From assembly GCA_964521295.1 (NCBI GenBank), contig CAZFRF010000001.1, positions 463,865 through 527,864 on the forward strand: DNA of 64,000 bases, given 5' to 3'. The notes under the pieces are model-generated. The model saw only the letters and a program-made list of their open reading frames with translations. It ran no database searches and was not told the DNA's origin. Positions 63,683 to 64,000 of the stretch are shown here, one piece after another. Both the position numbers and the translations under genes were made by a program. This DNA comes from an uncultured Gammaproteobacteria bacterium (GTDB lineage Bacteria > Patescibacteriota > Microgenomatia > Levybacterales > UBA12049). Positions within the stretch are counted from its first letter, which is position 1. Each line of letters starts with the position of its first letter.

Positions 63683-64000
63683 GAAAATTCCTAAATAAAT
63701 CTAAGGCTTTTTTTCTGTGAGACAATTCATTTTTGCCTTTAAGACCCATCTCTGCGTAAGTTTGGTCATAGCCATCAGGAATAACAATGGGATCAAATCC
63801 AAAACCCTCTATCCCTCTTTCTTCCAATGCCAAGGTTCCCTTTACTTCTCCAACGAACACATGAACATCTTTTCCATCGTGATAACCTAAAGCACTTTTA
63901 ACAATAACTGTTCTATTAGCCTCATCTTTTAATAGTTCAAGAATTTTTTTATTTCCCCATGAATCTAAAAAATATTTCGCAAATGGTCCGGGTAAACCGT
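63663..64000 (-). CDS. rdgB: Non-canonical purine NTP pyrophosphatase RdgB/HAM1, N-terminus outside window
   Basis: C-terminal FGFDPIVIPDGYDQTYAEM...ELSHRKKAL motif. The reading frame stays open upstream to the window edge (…SALGYHDGKDVHVFVGEV). Confidence 0.75.
   Translation of the reverse strand, partial: GLPGPFAKYFLDSWGNKKILELLKDEANRTVIVKSALGYHDGKDVHVFVGEVKGTLALEERGIEGFGFDPIVIPDGYDQTYAEMGLKGKNELSHRKKALDLFRNFLDSQKK

Noticed and set aside
1-64000. CRISPR arrays, IS elements, integrases, rRNA genes
   Set aside because: No spaced direct repeats, terminal inverted repeats, or transposase or integrase-like ORFs were seen. The only tandem repeat is the in-frame 21-nt coding repeat at 47552-47603.

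Overview
This window reads as a low-GC (~30%), Lys-rich, gene-dense fragment with the look of a CPR/Patescibacteria-type reduced genome. The CPR assignment is an inference from composition and gene content. Most genes sit on the minus strand in tightly packed or overlapping operons. The ORF track uses TTG/GTG as well as ATG starts, so several N-termini are approximate.

Housekeeping content:
- Translation and tRNA: gltX, an archaeal-type aspS, serS, prfB, a CCA-adding enzyme, the tsaE-tsaC-tsaB t6A genes, and a YqeY/GatB-like protein.
- Secretion: secA, secD and secF.
- Division: ftsE-ftsX followed by a secreted coiled-coil protein with a C39-like cysteine peptidase domain (PcsB/EnvC-like architecture).
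- Other: recJ, rdgB (partial), mntH, uppP, a dgkA+PAP2 pair, a DacA-type D-Ala-D-Ala carboxypeptidase, an MsbA-like ABC exporter, a SerB-SerA fusion next to serC, and an OmpR-type response regulator and cytoplasmic histidine kinase separated by three small stress/membrane genes.
- One tRNA not in the ORF track: a predicted tRNA-Gln(CUG) at 13962-14032 on the minus strand.

The accessory-looking content is dominated by cell-envelope glycobiology:
- A nucleotide-sugar/glycosyltransferase island at 31.9-43.2 kb. It contains a PMT/ArnT-like GT-C, a Dpm1-like polyprenol-phosphate glycosyltransferase fused to GtrA, gmd, an rmd-like gene, ugd, a UXS-like gene, rmlB/rmlD/rmlC without rmlA, and two GT2 genes.
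- A separate module at 0.9-8.3 kb. It holds a 967-aa fusion of a NodC/chitin-/hyaluronan-synthase-like processive GT2, a LysM motif and a C-terminal PbH1 beta-helix. Around it are a truncated Ugd-family paralog, a secreted beta-helix protein, an FN3 membrane protein, and a sortase overlapping a Thr/Pro-rich surface protein.

Candidate regulatory novelties:
- A nine-codon MAKKKKKKK leader ORF plus intrinsic terminator in the secA leader.
- A consensus promoter and a Shine-Dalgarno-sequestering terminator hairpin, with an upstream competing GGGAGG, in the serBA leader.

No CRISPR array, transposase, integrase or rRNA gene is evident.
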